Shown here: positions 40,222-53,100 of the stretch, one piece after another | Layout: each line of letters starts with the position of its first letter | Numbering within the stretch: the stretch's first letter is position 1 | Source of the DNA: Proteromonas lacertae | Taxonomy: Eukaryota | Assembly: GCA_002245135.1 (NCBI GenBank) | Contig: NGBS01000589.1 | Location: 124,001-188,000, forward strand | Length of the DNA stretch: 64,000 nucleotides | Reading direction: 5' to 3' | Program-made: the position numbers and the translations under genes | The notes under the pieces: generated by a model | Told to the model about the DNA's origin: nothing | The model's database searches: none | What the model saw: only the letters and a program-made list of their open reading frames with translations

Positions 40222-43200
40222 TTAACAATTATTACATAACTGATTAGGATCAATAGTCGTAATAAATAACTCACTCAAAGGATCATACTCATACCAATAT
40301 GAAACTGGCTGAACTCTTATCGAAAATGGCAAATTAGTATATTCTATAATGGTTTATATATATTCATTAATATATACGATATGGATATAAAATGAATGGA
40401 GAAATAGTTCTTTTATAAAAATGATCATTCTACAAATGTAATAATATGATAGTATTATACAATATAGATATTATAAAACCATGTATTTGGTACTTCATTC
40501 CATGATAACAACAGTGATGTTACTCCATTAATCCAATTCATTTTTACTTCTACGAATTCACAGCGAATATTATCTACAATGTATATATATATAAATAAAT
40601 ACAGTGAATGGGAGTGTCATTATCTTCTACATATCTAGCTTTAATCATTCCTAAATAACATTCAATTGATTTGATTTCTTTATCATAATATCTTTGTGGT
40701 TTTTCAACATATAAATCAATTTTTACTATATTTCCGCAATTTGAATAGTTTTCTGATGGTATAATGTAGTTGTAAGATTTCCAGTAATTTGAATATGGAA
40801 TTACATTTTGTGGATATAAACAATCTATATTTTGCGTGTTTGACCATTCCTTTGATATTAAATAGACGTAATGATATTCATTATTCTGAAGAATTGTTAA
40901 TCTCACTCCAAATGATCTATATAAATAAAATAAAAATCAACTATACATCATATTTGAATTTATTACATAAGAAAACTCAATATTCTTATTCAACAGCCAT
41001 TTCACATTATACAGTGGATATATTATCATTCCATTAAAGTCTTTTTTATAATAACCATTTATCTTGATTGAATTACCACTATCAAAGGATATTTCATTAT
41101 CATATGATAAATATAATCTTTTATCATTGTGTATATATTGGTAAATATGAGTAGGTTGAATTGATTGTAATGACAAGTTACTATAAACATTTGTAGAATG
41201 TACATCTCCATGAAAATTAGTATAATTACCATATCCAATATCAAAGTTTGTAACAAATGGTAATTCAAATGATGAGATTCTGTTATCTTCAATATATGCA
41301 CTTATTGATTCACTTCCATTATTCTTAAATGTATTATAATCTAAAGTTGTTAGAGGTATTATTCCCATCCAAAATCTCTTTTCTCTGTTTCTAAAAGTTT
41401 CATTGAAGTTAAAATTGTCTGAACATTCATAAGTCCATGCTGGAGCAAATAGACCAACATTCAATCCATAATTCTTTATTACATCAAGTGCTTTGTATGT
41501 ATCAAAACCTCCTCCTCCATATGTATTTCTACCAAATATATCAATTCCCATAAACACTTTATCTTTTCTATTAATATTTATCATAATAATATATATATAC
41601 TTTTCCTTTAATAATTGAGATGTTTGACTAACAGTTTGAATGTTCCACCAATAATTAGTAAAGAATCCATCAGATATATTGAATAATTCCAAGTTCTTCT
41701 CTGATACTCCATTTTGATATTCTATTTTACCATCATATATCAAACTATCATATAATATAATCTATTTAAAAAATGAAAATAATAAAATATAAAACAAATC
41801 ATTATACTTCACTATAACTGATCTTTTCTTTCATTTGTTTCTTCAAACACTTTATAAAATTCATATATTTTTCCATTTCATCTTCATTCTTATATGGACT
41901 TTCAATATTAATGAAATAACCATCAAATCCATAAAACACAGCCATTTTTACCAACTTTTCAACCATATAATCAGTATTATTAATAATATAACTATTGAAA
42001 TTAATTCCTTCATCACCTTCAGTAATAATTGTACCAAAACACTTCACATTATTTCTATGACAAGCATTAATCCATTGAACAGGAGGTAGTATAACAAAAC
42101 CATGTGAAAAATAAACAAATTTGTTTATATATTGCCAATAAGTGAATGAATAGATTGGCGATAAATCATTTCCACTGAACAGACTATCTTCAGAATAACC
42201 TCCTTTCATATCATGACAATAAATAACTTTCTATTCACATTACAAATATATATATACAGTTTGTTGTTGTTTTTGTATAGATTCATTCATTGGATTATAT
42301 TGCACTGTTGATTTATTCCAAAAGTCTGTATATTCCCATTTTTCAAATTCAATTTCATTTCTAATTGGTTTTTGACAATAATCATTATTTACAATTGATA
42401 TTGGAATATTATTTACTGTAGTGTATAACTCATTAACTGTTAAATTATTTCTAAATGTTATTAACATATCATTAACCTTATTATCCTTTAAATAATCCAA
42501 TTTTAAATATTCACTGTTTAATATCGATTGAATTGAAAATGGTAGATAGAATGATAATATATTTTCTTTATTACAAATAATATTTATGATTGGAAATGAA
42601 CTTGTTGAATTGAATTGAAATACTAAATTTATATTTTCATTGTCATTTTTAAGTGTAAATATATTTTCTATTAATAGTGCTTTTTCTGGAATATTTACAT
42701 TTTCTGATAATATATTTATAGCTACTTTTACTTTATCATCATTATCTAATTTCACGAAATCTAAGTATATTGATTCTTGATAGTTTTGGTGGATATTATT
42801 ATTGTTATTATTGTTGCTATCTGGCTATAAAATATATAAATTATAAATATATATGAGCATTTATACGTTATAAATCACTAATGACAAAGATTTAAAGTCT
42901 TTATTTATCATAAAACAACTAATTTCAAATAATGGAGTAATGAATTTTCTATTCATATTCTTGTGGTTATAATCAGTTGTATATTCAGATATAGTATCGG
43001 TAGCATAATGTAAAGAGTATAATACTAATAACATCATCTTCATAACTTCATATCTTGGTTCATTTAATACCAATTCTTCTAATTAGGCTATATTAACAAA
43101 GTATATATATACGATGTTGTAATTTAAAGTTGCAGTATTTCAACAGTTCTACTCCATATGGATATTTCATGATAGACATTATATCAGGAAAATTGAGTTG

Positions 43201-43871
43201 ATAAATATGATATAACTGTCTAGATATAGTTGAATAATATTCCAATATCCTAAATACAATTATATAAATGACTTATACCTTATCAATCTTATTGAATAAA
43301 GATCTCTATCTTTAATTGTTTCAAAATGAGTTAAATAGTCATTAACAACTTCACTAAATGATGAATGTCTTTTTAATTTATTACATAAAAAGTGATCTCC
43401 ATATTTTGCATATGTAGGACATAATTTCAATAATTCTGAACGAATTGATGGATTTACTAGAATAAAGTGAATATAGATACAATAATCCCAATGGCTTGCA
43501 CAAAACCAGTTTCTACATTCAACTAAATCACATTCGAATTCTATTTGCTCTTCATATGACCTTACTGTTTGTTCACCTAATATATATATATATAGGATAT
43601 AATAATTATACTGACATCATTCAAATTATCATTTGATAACTCATCTATGAAATATAGAATTCTCATGGATACAATTCAAATGCTTTATCATTTCAGAAAC
43701 ACTGCCATATGATTGAATGGATTCAGGATCATCTGGATTACTAACTGAATCATTTTCTTCATTTTCGAGTTCCTTTCCAGTTCCATGGCTATACTTAAGA
43801 TAAACAAGAAATATAACCATAATAACGATTAAAATAAATGCAAAAATGAGAAATGGAAACACATACTCCAT
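40222..43871 (-). CDS. ENGASE: GH85 endo-beta-N-acetylglucosaminidase with N-terminal signal anchor and PUB-like region
   Basis: YCHDMKGGY, FVYFSH, WINACHRNNVKCFGTIITE, FYGFDGYFINIE, DGFFTNYWW, GIDIFGR, LFAPAWTYE; upstream exons splice in frame from MEYVFPFLIFAFILIVIMVIFLVYL. Confidence 0.85.
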
Positions 43872-44014
43872 TTGAGTAAGTTCAGAATTGAAGTTCAAAC
43901 AAAAAAGTGAAACTAACATAAAATAAAGTTTATTCAACTGTCATGCATACATGTTCTATATTTTTTATTTATTACAAACAACATCTAACAAGAGATATTC
44001 AATCAACATTAATT

Positions 44015-44768
44015 CTAAGCATATGGATCTTTCATTAAATCAGCGACCCAACCTTCTCTAACATCATAAATCATTCCAGTATATATATTATCATGAAAGT
44101 ACATCATATTACAAGGAGAAGATGTAATTTCAAATTTATTTTCATTCATAAAATTTTGAAGTCTTTTAAACCTATTAATAATAGAAAATAAATTAAAATA
44201 CAGTCTAGCACAGTTAACAGGATATGCAAATTCAGTTCGAATAGGAATATTGATAGTAAATGCTTTTGCTTTGGGTAATTTTCTTACACTTAAATCCAAC
44301 TTTTCATATTTCTCTTTTTCTTTATAAGCATCCTTTAAAGTTACTCCTACTGCCCATATTTGTTCATCAAAAGGTACTACTGCAGGATCAGTTGGATAGA
44401 ATTCTAAATATGCAGTACAATCATTTTCTAATCCAAGCTAATTATTCAAAACATAAATACTTCCTATATACAATCTTAAGCTTATCTTCCAAAGTTTTAC
44501 ATGTATTTCTCATTAAACTGTATGGACCTTTTCTTCTCAGAAAACTAAACAATATATTCCATTGTTATTACACAAAATCCATCTCCTCCATTTCTTTGAC
44601 TTTTATTTCACCCTTTTTAAAACAAAAATAAAGAAAAGCAATTAAAATAAATACATTAAAAGGATATTCAAAATATGAAAGGTAATATAACACTATAATT
44701 ACAATTAATGCAACCAACAAGCATGCTAAACCAATATACGGAAGATAATAGCTTATTTTAATAGCCAT
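44015..44768 (-). CDS. TEX264-like protein (N-terminal TM plus GyrI-like domain)
   Basis: TM YLPYIGLACLLVALIVIIVLYYLSYF; RRKGPYS; EFYPTDPAVVPFDEQIWAVGV resembles the TEX264 YYDNP..VPP..CRCAVG pattern. Confidence 0.6.
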
Positions 44769-44819
44769 TCTCTCTAATTCCTTCAAAACAAGATCGAGCT
44801 TCTCAAGCTTGATTATAAA

Positions 44820-44838
44820 GGCGGGAAATTGCGCCAAA
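44820..44838. promoter_or_regulatory. Pair of E2F-consensus-like sites (TTTGGCGC and TTTCCCGCC on the minus strand)
   Basis: GGCGGGAAATTGCGCCAAA 50-70 nt upstream of the TEX264-like ATG; CG-rich in an AT-rich background. Confidence 0.45.
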
Positions 44839-44924
44839 TGTTTTTAAATTAAAAACAAAGCGAATAGTCAATATATATGTATATATAATATTCTAAATTA
44901 TAATAATAATGATATTATTTTTAT

Positions 44925-47202
44925 TTATTCTATATTGTCAAATTCTTGTGATAATTCTTTCTTTTTTTCTTCAGAAATTCCATTTAAAGTTATCTTTTCT
45001 ATAAGTGGAAATGATTCTAAAAAGGATTTTAATTCTGATATATCTATATTTTCTTTAACAGTTATTAATAATTCATCCAATTCTTGAAACACTTCTTTGT
45101 TTTCTTTTATTAATTTTAACTCTTTCTCATTTAATTCATTTCCTTCTAAATTTATATTTGTTAATGGTTTGTTATCTTTCAATCTTTCTATTAGAATTTT
45201 CAATCCTTTTTCAGTCATTCCAATATCTATATAAACAACAAATAACATTTTATTCACATGATACTTGATAAATCTAACTCAAAACAATAACTGAATATAT
45301 TTATGTATCTGAATATTATTTCAACTCCTTCATCTCCAATTGGATTATTAAATACTGATATACTCTCTGTATCTTCTGGTAAAGAATCTGTTAATTCTTT
45401 TAATCCTTTACCACTAATTATGTTATTGGATAAATTAAGTCTATTATAATCAATCTGTTTAATCAATGAAATATGAGAATCATTAACATTCAAATCTATT
45501 TCGTTATATAATAATTATCTATACTTGAAAAATCATAATTTCTTTCACATACATTTCTCATTTTCTTATTAACACAATAATTCAAATAATACTCCAATTC
45601 TTCATTTGTCCATGATGGATTTTTGTATTCTATAAATGGATATTCTTTTTTCTTTAATGATTTTGAACAAATTGATTTTAATCCATAGGTTGTGATACTG
45701 TTTCCTTTTAGATTTATTCTTTCACAATTTAAAATTGAATCAAACTGTTTTGATAGTAACATAACACTTTCATCATCTATTAAAGTGTTACTCAAATAAA
45801 TCTCACAATAATATAAAATAATTAAATTGTCTGACAATAATCTAAATCCAGCATTACCTATTGGATTATCTATTAATGTGAATATAAAAAACTAAAATAT
45901 ATTACATACTATGAATTATTAACTGTTGAATATTATCTTTTTCTATCATATAATCCTTAAAATATTGTATTCCAAATGGCTTAATACTATTATAGCTAAT
46001 ATTAAGTGTTACAAAATCATCGATATTCTTTAATCCTTCTAATAAATCTTTCAAACCTAATGAAGATAATCCCATTTCTATTATTTATAATATGATAGCT
46101 GTAATACTTGAACAATCTATTACATTAAAATAATTGTTTAATAAATGCAAATGAGGAGATAATAATTTCATTCCTGCATCTCCTATCTCATTTCCATACA
46201 AATAAAGAAGGGTAAGATTTGAAAATGAAGATAAATTTTCAATCAGTATTTCTATACTTTTTGTTATTAGTTTATTATCTATAAAATAGAAGAATATTAA
46301 ATTATACTTTTCAAATCTAGTGCTTTTATTTCTCTTAATTCATTTAATCTTAATGAAATGAATGATATGAAGAAATCATCATCAATTTCAGAATTATTAA
46401 GATTCAATGAATAATCGTTTTGGATGTATTTGATTAATTCTGGGATGTTTTTGTCAATCAGCAACTCTTTACTTCCGTTAAAATCAAACCATACGTTTGA
46501 AATAGGGAATTTGGAGAATAAGGCTTTTAATCCTTTTGAATGAATATTTCTATTATATCTAATATCTATACTCTTAAGATTTGGATATTTATATAATTCT
46601 AACGATAATAATATCATTGATTGATCATTTAAATTCATTTGTCTTAAATATAACACATTATCTTCACCAATAAATAAATGTAAATATGGAAGTAATAATT
46701 TAAATCCTTTTGGACCAATTGGATTAGCTATTTAAATAATAAGCATAAAAACTAAACAGTAAAATACATGAGATATCTACATATTTCAATCTTGTCAATG
46801 GAATTAATTCAACAAATGATTCAATGAACGGAAAAGCAAGATTGCAGTCCAATAATTCTAATTCTTGTAGACTATCCAACTGACAAAAATATTTTGAGAA
46901 TATTGGTTGAAATTGAAATGGAAATTTAATTGTATAATCTTCTCCATCTAAATAACATTTTAAAAAATTATAATAATACAAATATTCAGTTTCATTGGAT
47001 TAAGTAATTTCAGTATTTTGAACAGATAATTAATCCCTTCTTCACACAAGCAAACACATTTTGAATTGATCGAAATACCTTCTTTATCATAATATTCCAT
47101 ATCAATATTAAATATCATTTCATCTAAATTACATTCTTTTCCATTTTTACATTGGTGATGTATTTGAAACGTCAGAAAATGATAATTTATGTTTTCTTCA
47201 TT

Positions 47203-47244
<42 letters not shown>

Positions 47245-48325
47245 TCCATTATTATACCTATAAAAACTAATATCATTTTTGTATAATTTCATCATCAATA
47301 ACACTGACAAAATTCTTTCATTTGGTTTATTATTGTATAAATCTATCAAATCATCTCTAACATCTTCCCAGTCCTTCTTCTCTAGATAATATTCTTTTGA
47401 ACAGTTTATTGGAAGTAAAATACTAACATAATCGCTATTGAAGAACACTTTCTTTCTTTCATTACACATCATTAAACTATTCTCATTATCTTTCATAACT
47501 TCACTCATTTTTATCATTTCTTTTCTCAACTCTTTTAAACTTATTCTATCTTCACTTTTCAACTTCACCATCTTAGCTATCATTTTTTTCATTGAATCAT
47601 CACATTCTACATCTAAACTGTATTTGTATCTCAGGATATTCATCAATGTTTTATTGATATTATTATCTTCATTGAATGGTAGTTTCTTGTTTATTATTTC
47701 ATATAAAATACAACCAATCGACCAAATTACAGTTTTATCATTACATTCTAAGCCATTCAATTCTTCTGGGCTTTTGAAGCAAATATCATATACTCTGATA
47801 TCTTCTTCTTTTCTCACTTCATTCAAGTATAAATCACATAGTTTTAAAAATCCATTTATATCATATACTACATTAGAACTCTTCAAATTCTTCACACCTA
47901 AATCATATTCAATCAGTATCATCAATATATTACATATGCTACTAACCACATTACATATATCACTTTCTAAAATTGAAGATGTTTGGATAACCTCTTCCAA
48001 ATCTCGTAAATAATGGTCTCTTGACAATAACATAAAGGCATATGATTCATCTATAGAGATTTCAGAAGAAATAATGAAGGGAAGGGAAATTTCATTCAAT
48101 ACACAATATTTTTCTTGTATACTCCAAAGTGTTGGTTTTTCAGAACTAAATATATTCATTAGTTTTAACTGTCTGTTTCTGTCTTTTTTCAATACACTTA
48201 ATTCATTAGTACTCTCTTTCACTACTTTATATTCCTATAATTATTCAAATATAGAGTTATACATCCCAATGAACATTATACTCATTCTTTAAGTACTCTT
48301 TAATACCCTTAATTTTGAATGACAT
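44925..48325 (-). CDS. Divergent pseudokinase fused to an RI-like LRR array
   Basis: VKNLKSSN (no HRD Asp), KLCDLY, FKSPEE, IWSIGCILYE; then LxxLxLxxNxIxxxG repeats with phase-1 introns just before the conserved Asn. Confidence 0.82.
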
Positions 48326-48439
48326 TCTAAAAGATTAATACAGTGTATTAAGTGTATTACTAATGTATTAATAAAAAACAACAAAAACACTTCATATTAT
48401 ATATATTCAATTAAAAAAAAAGGTTGAGGGTATTTTAAA

Positions 48440-49870
48440 TTACAAAGGAGTTGCATGATTAAAATAAAATTCAAATCTAGTAGTTGAAGGACAAAGCTCA
48501 TTCTTTAATTTATCTTTGTGAAATTTATCTATTCCATCTTTCTCTATACTTAACATATTATTCTATTCACAAAATATATAATATTATAATAAATTATACA
48601 ACTATAAATGAAGTATGGAATGAACAATAGCACATCAATTCTGATCTTTTATAAAACAATATTAACACATCTCCTTTCAGTAGAACATTTGGAATATGTC
48701 TTTCAGTTATATTACTATGTTTATCAACAATTACATTATTACAAAACGTTTGACTACTGATTGATTTACCTTCATTCTCTAATACAAAATGAGTAATTTT
48801 AAAACCAATTGGTTTACTATTTCCACTAGTAACTCTTAAGAATGTAAATGCTATTTCAATATTGGGAGGTAATTCGTGATATTTGATTTTCCAACTATAT
48901 CCATGATTATCTTCTTCATCATCATCATCAACAGTCTCTTCTTCATTACCTTCTTCAACTTCTTCTTCTACCTCTTCTTCTTCTTCCATATCTTTAACAC
49001 TTTCACCATAATGACTTAATGGATCATTCTTCTTCCATTCCTTTAATATTGATGCAAAATAGTGAATATATCTTCTCTGAGATGGTAACGTAATTCCTTT
49101 TTTGTTTAGAGTCCTTTGTTCTCCATAATACTCCATGCATTTTTCAGCATCTGTGAATAAATTACTATATAACAAATATGAACATATCATTACACCTGTT
49201 CTACCTTTTCCTGCTTTACAGTGCACAACGGCTATATTTTTGGGATCTTTAGTTAGCCAATCATCGATATCTTCACAGAAGTGTAAGAGAAGATCTAATG
49301 TTGGAGCATGATGATCACTAAAAGGGTAACAACCCACATTATTATCAAATAAAGATGCATCATATTGTCTATCTGATTCTTTACATAAATTATACACACG
49401 ATAGTGATGATGATATTTCGTTTCTAGAAATTTGTGAACTTCATTGTATGGATTTCGATAAAATGTTTCATATCCTCCAGCAGGATAGCCCATAGCGATT
49501 ATTTTTTCAGTTATATATGCTAGATCTAAATCATACCCATCTTGTTGGTATCTTTTCTTTTTCTTTGAAACTAAATTCCTTACAAAACTTGGGATAGAAA
49601 AACCGCGTCGAGTAGGTCTAGATGGAGATGACTGTACAGGTCCATCACTGTCAGGTGAGTGATTATCTCCTTTACCTGGACAGCTCTTACATGTGTCACT
49701 TGAATTATATTCATCATCACTTAAAGGATATTCTTTATCATAAGGCACAGGTGGGATCTCACCACTGGCGTATCTTCTAAATACGACATCATTAACTGAG
49801 TGAAATCTTGATCCGCTTCCTAAAATAAATATATAAAAAATGTTTATATATTAATACCTAGTTTACTCAT
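48440..49870 (-). CDS. PTEN: PTEN/TPTE-like phosphoinositide phosphatase with C2 domain
   Basis: RNLVSKKKKRYQQDGYDLDLAYIT..IIAMGYP, HCKAGKGRTG, GITLPSQRRY, SFHTSF. Confidence 0.92.
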
Positions 49871-50111
49871 TCATATCAATCTGTACAACAAAAAATGTAA
49901 TTGATTTTAGATTTTTTACTTATGTAATGTCAAAGAATGTCATTTTAACAAAATTTTAGAAAAATGGAATTGGCGTATACAGAGTTAATATTACGATTAA
50001 AAGATGTGATTTTGTGTTGATAAAATAAATTGATGTAGAATACAACTGTAATAATCCAACATCAGTGAAATCCATTATAGGCACAGGTAATTATATACAA
50101 TACTTAATTAA

Positions 50112-53100
50112 TTATATATCAAAATCAGCTGCATCAGGTGAACTATGAATAATGGGTGCAAGAGTAGTTTGAAAAGCATCTCCTGCCAGAGCCAAGGATA
50201 CTTTTGATTTTTCTACTATAACATCTTGAAATGAATCAGAAGACAATGATGTAGTTTTTCTATTCTCATTATTTCTTTTATTACTCATATTTGTAGTACT
50301 TGGTTGAGAATTTGTCTCTAGATCCATTTGATCAGCACTACTAAAGCCTAAGTATGAGATTGATTCAGTTCTGGTCAAATAAGACAAATCTTGAGAATTC
50401 ACATTTGCTAAACGCCTATCTGGTGAATTTATAGTATAACTTGATTCAGAATTGTATATTCCCATCGGATTAAGTGATGATGATGATAAACTAATTGGCA
50501 AAGGACAAATTATGTCAGATACTCTTCTATTTGAATGCAACAGCGGTAAATGCTTTGTTTGACTGTATATATCATCATACATGTTATTAATATCCACATT
50601 AATAGGTGAATGAGTTATTTCATATATAATTGTATTTCTAAACTTCCAATCGTGAAGTAAAGGTGTAATTTTTTTTGTATTTATTTTAATATTTGATAAT
50701 ATTTTCAATGATCTTGATTTTGGTGTAGAATATTTTGGCAACACAGTATCTTTCATTTCAATTTGTATTTTTACTGGAAATAGTGATGGCGGTTTAAATG
50801 TATTATCCTTTAGCAAATACTCAGTTTCACTACATATGTGTTTTTGTATAATATTATACATTTTTGTTAATTCTTTGTAAAGGGTTGGAGATGAATGTAA
50901 TAATTCATTATAACATTCACATAACTATCAATATATATAGAATATATAATTATACTTTCTTTAATCTCTTTGGTTTTATATCCAATAATGAAATAATTGG
51001 AAGAGTTTCTTGATTGAGTATTGTTGGAGAGATGATTGAGCTACTGGAATGTTTCTTTTTTACAGATTTTCTGATTTTCGTATTGTCTTCATTTTGAGTT
51101 TTTATTTCACTATTCATTCTTGGTGGAATTTCATCTATTTATAGAAAATAATAAGCATTAAAAAATATATACATACTCTTTGATATATCTTGGATTATTT
51201 TCAAACATTTATCTAAATCTGTTTCATCATTTATATATATAGTCAAATCTTGTGCTTTTGAATTACCTTCCACTTTCCATTTTATCTCTACACCTCCGTC
51301 TATTTTCTTTGCTTCAACATCAAATAAGAACAATTTTATTAATGGTAAAATATCATAACAATCACTTTCACTATTCTCACCAATTGGATAAATATATAAT
51401 ATATTATCTTCACTTATTATATACATTCTTTTAGACTTTATTTTTGTATTATAATATACACCTTTCCATTTATATTTCTCATTGATTAATGCTGAAGATA
51501 ATGGCATTTTTCCATAGTCTAATCTTTCATTTATTATATGTAAAATGTATTGATTAATTATATAGTGTTTATTATACCATAAAACATTTAATAATGATTT
51601 TAAAGGTATTAAATCCATTAAAATATACTTATCATCTTCACTAATAATTTGAAGTATTGTTTTTATTAAAATAGTTGATAAATACTTCACTTGATATGCA
51701 AAATTAGTAGTTAAGAATTGTGATAAGTAATAAATAAAACACATACTTGTACAAGTTGTATGATTATGATGATCTGTCGATGTTATTGTAGTAGTAGAAT
51801 TTGTTGGAGTAGTTACTACTGTCGCAGCTGATGTTGGATTAAGATTTGTACTATTATTAATATCTCCAATACCATTATTACCATTAGTTTTAGATTTTTT
51901 ACTACTGCTATTAGATTCAGTACAATATCCTCTTTTCAATAATCTCAATAAAGTGGATGGTTTAAATAATATGCAATTGAATAATATCAAAAACTTTGGA
52001 ATTAATTCACTATCTGGTTTTTGAAGTATAAATAAATGAGCAAAATATTCAATTGTCGAGTTAATTGCTTGAATTACAGTTGGATTTCTAGTAAATGAAG
52101 GATCTCTATAAAACTGAATAAAGAAATTGAGTAGATGTGGTAAAGTTAAATTAATATCTACAGGTGATTTCTTACTGAAATATCTTTCAAATAATAATAT
52201 GAAATAAGCATGATAATGCAGGATATCCCACTTCAACTTTGCATAATGAGCAAATTCAAAGAAAATATCTAACAACTGATTGATTATTTTATCACAATAA
52301 TCACTACAATTTCTTCTAAAGAAGATTAATAATGAACTTAACACTTCAGTATCAGCTGATAATATTTCTGATATCATTATTGAATGCATTTCATTTGGTT
52401 GTAATTCTGTTGAATCATCATCACTTTCATTATCTTCTTGTTTTGTACTAACTTTTCTTTTATCTTTATTCTTATCTTTACTTTTCTCTTTTTCCTTTAT
52501 TTTCTCTTTATCTTTATCTTTATCTTTATCTTTATCTTTATCTTTATCTTTATCTTTATCTTTATCTTTATCTTTATCTTTATCTTTATCTTTATCTTCT
52601 TCCTTTGCTTTTTCTTTTTCTTTATTATCATTTGAAAATGATTCAATAATAGGTAATGAGATAAGGTTATGGATTATATTCAAGACAGTACAATACTTGT
52701 TAATACTCAATTTTGATGCAAATAATATAGTGATAAATATTTTGGCATAGTCTTTCTTTAAGAATCTCATTCTGTCATTATACTATATAATCATATATAG
52801 AAAAGTACAAATATACATTTTCAGTAATATTGTTAAAGATAAGTAAAATCATACTATATATTTCAGATAATACTCCTTCATCATTTATATATTCGAAATT
52901 GTCATGATCTTTCTTGATTTTGGCTTTTAATTCACTTACTCCTGAACAATAATATAATAGATTCAGTAAACTCCTCATCAACTTACCTCCTATTTCAATA
53001 TATATATATAAAATCAATATACGATTAGTTATTATTTCACTTGTTCCTTTTATAGTGGATGTAATTTTATATACACCTTCCAATGTAGAATGTAATATTT

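Noticed and set aside
43080..43112. Apparent in-frame TAA in the ENGase N-terminal region
   Set aside because: Removed by using the downstream acceptor CCTAATTAG, which restores the frame
48440..50112. Fusion of PTEN with the upstream ARM/PH giant
   Set aside because: Upstream gene has a clean TAA at 50112 and the PTEN ATG at 49870 is preceded by an in-frame TGA
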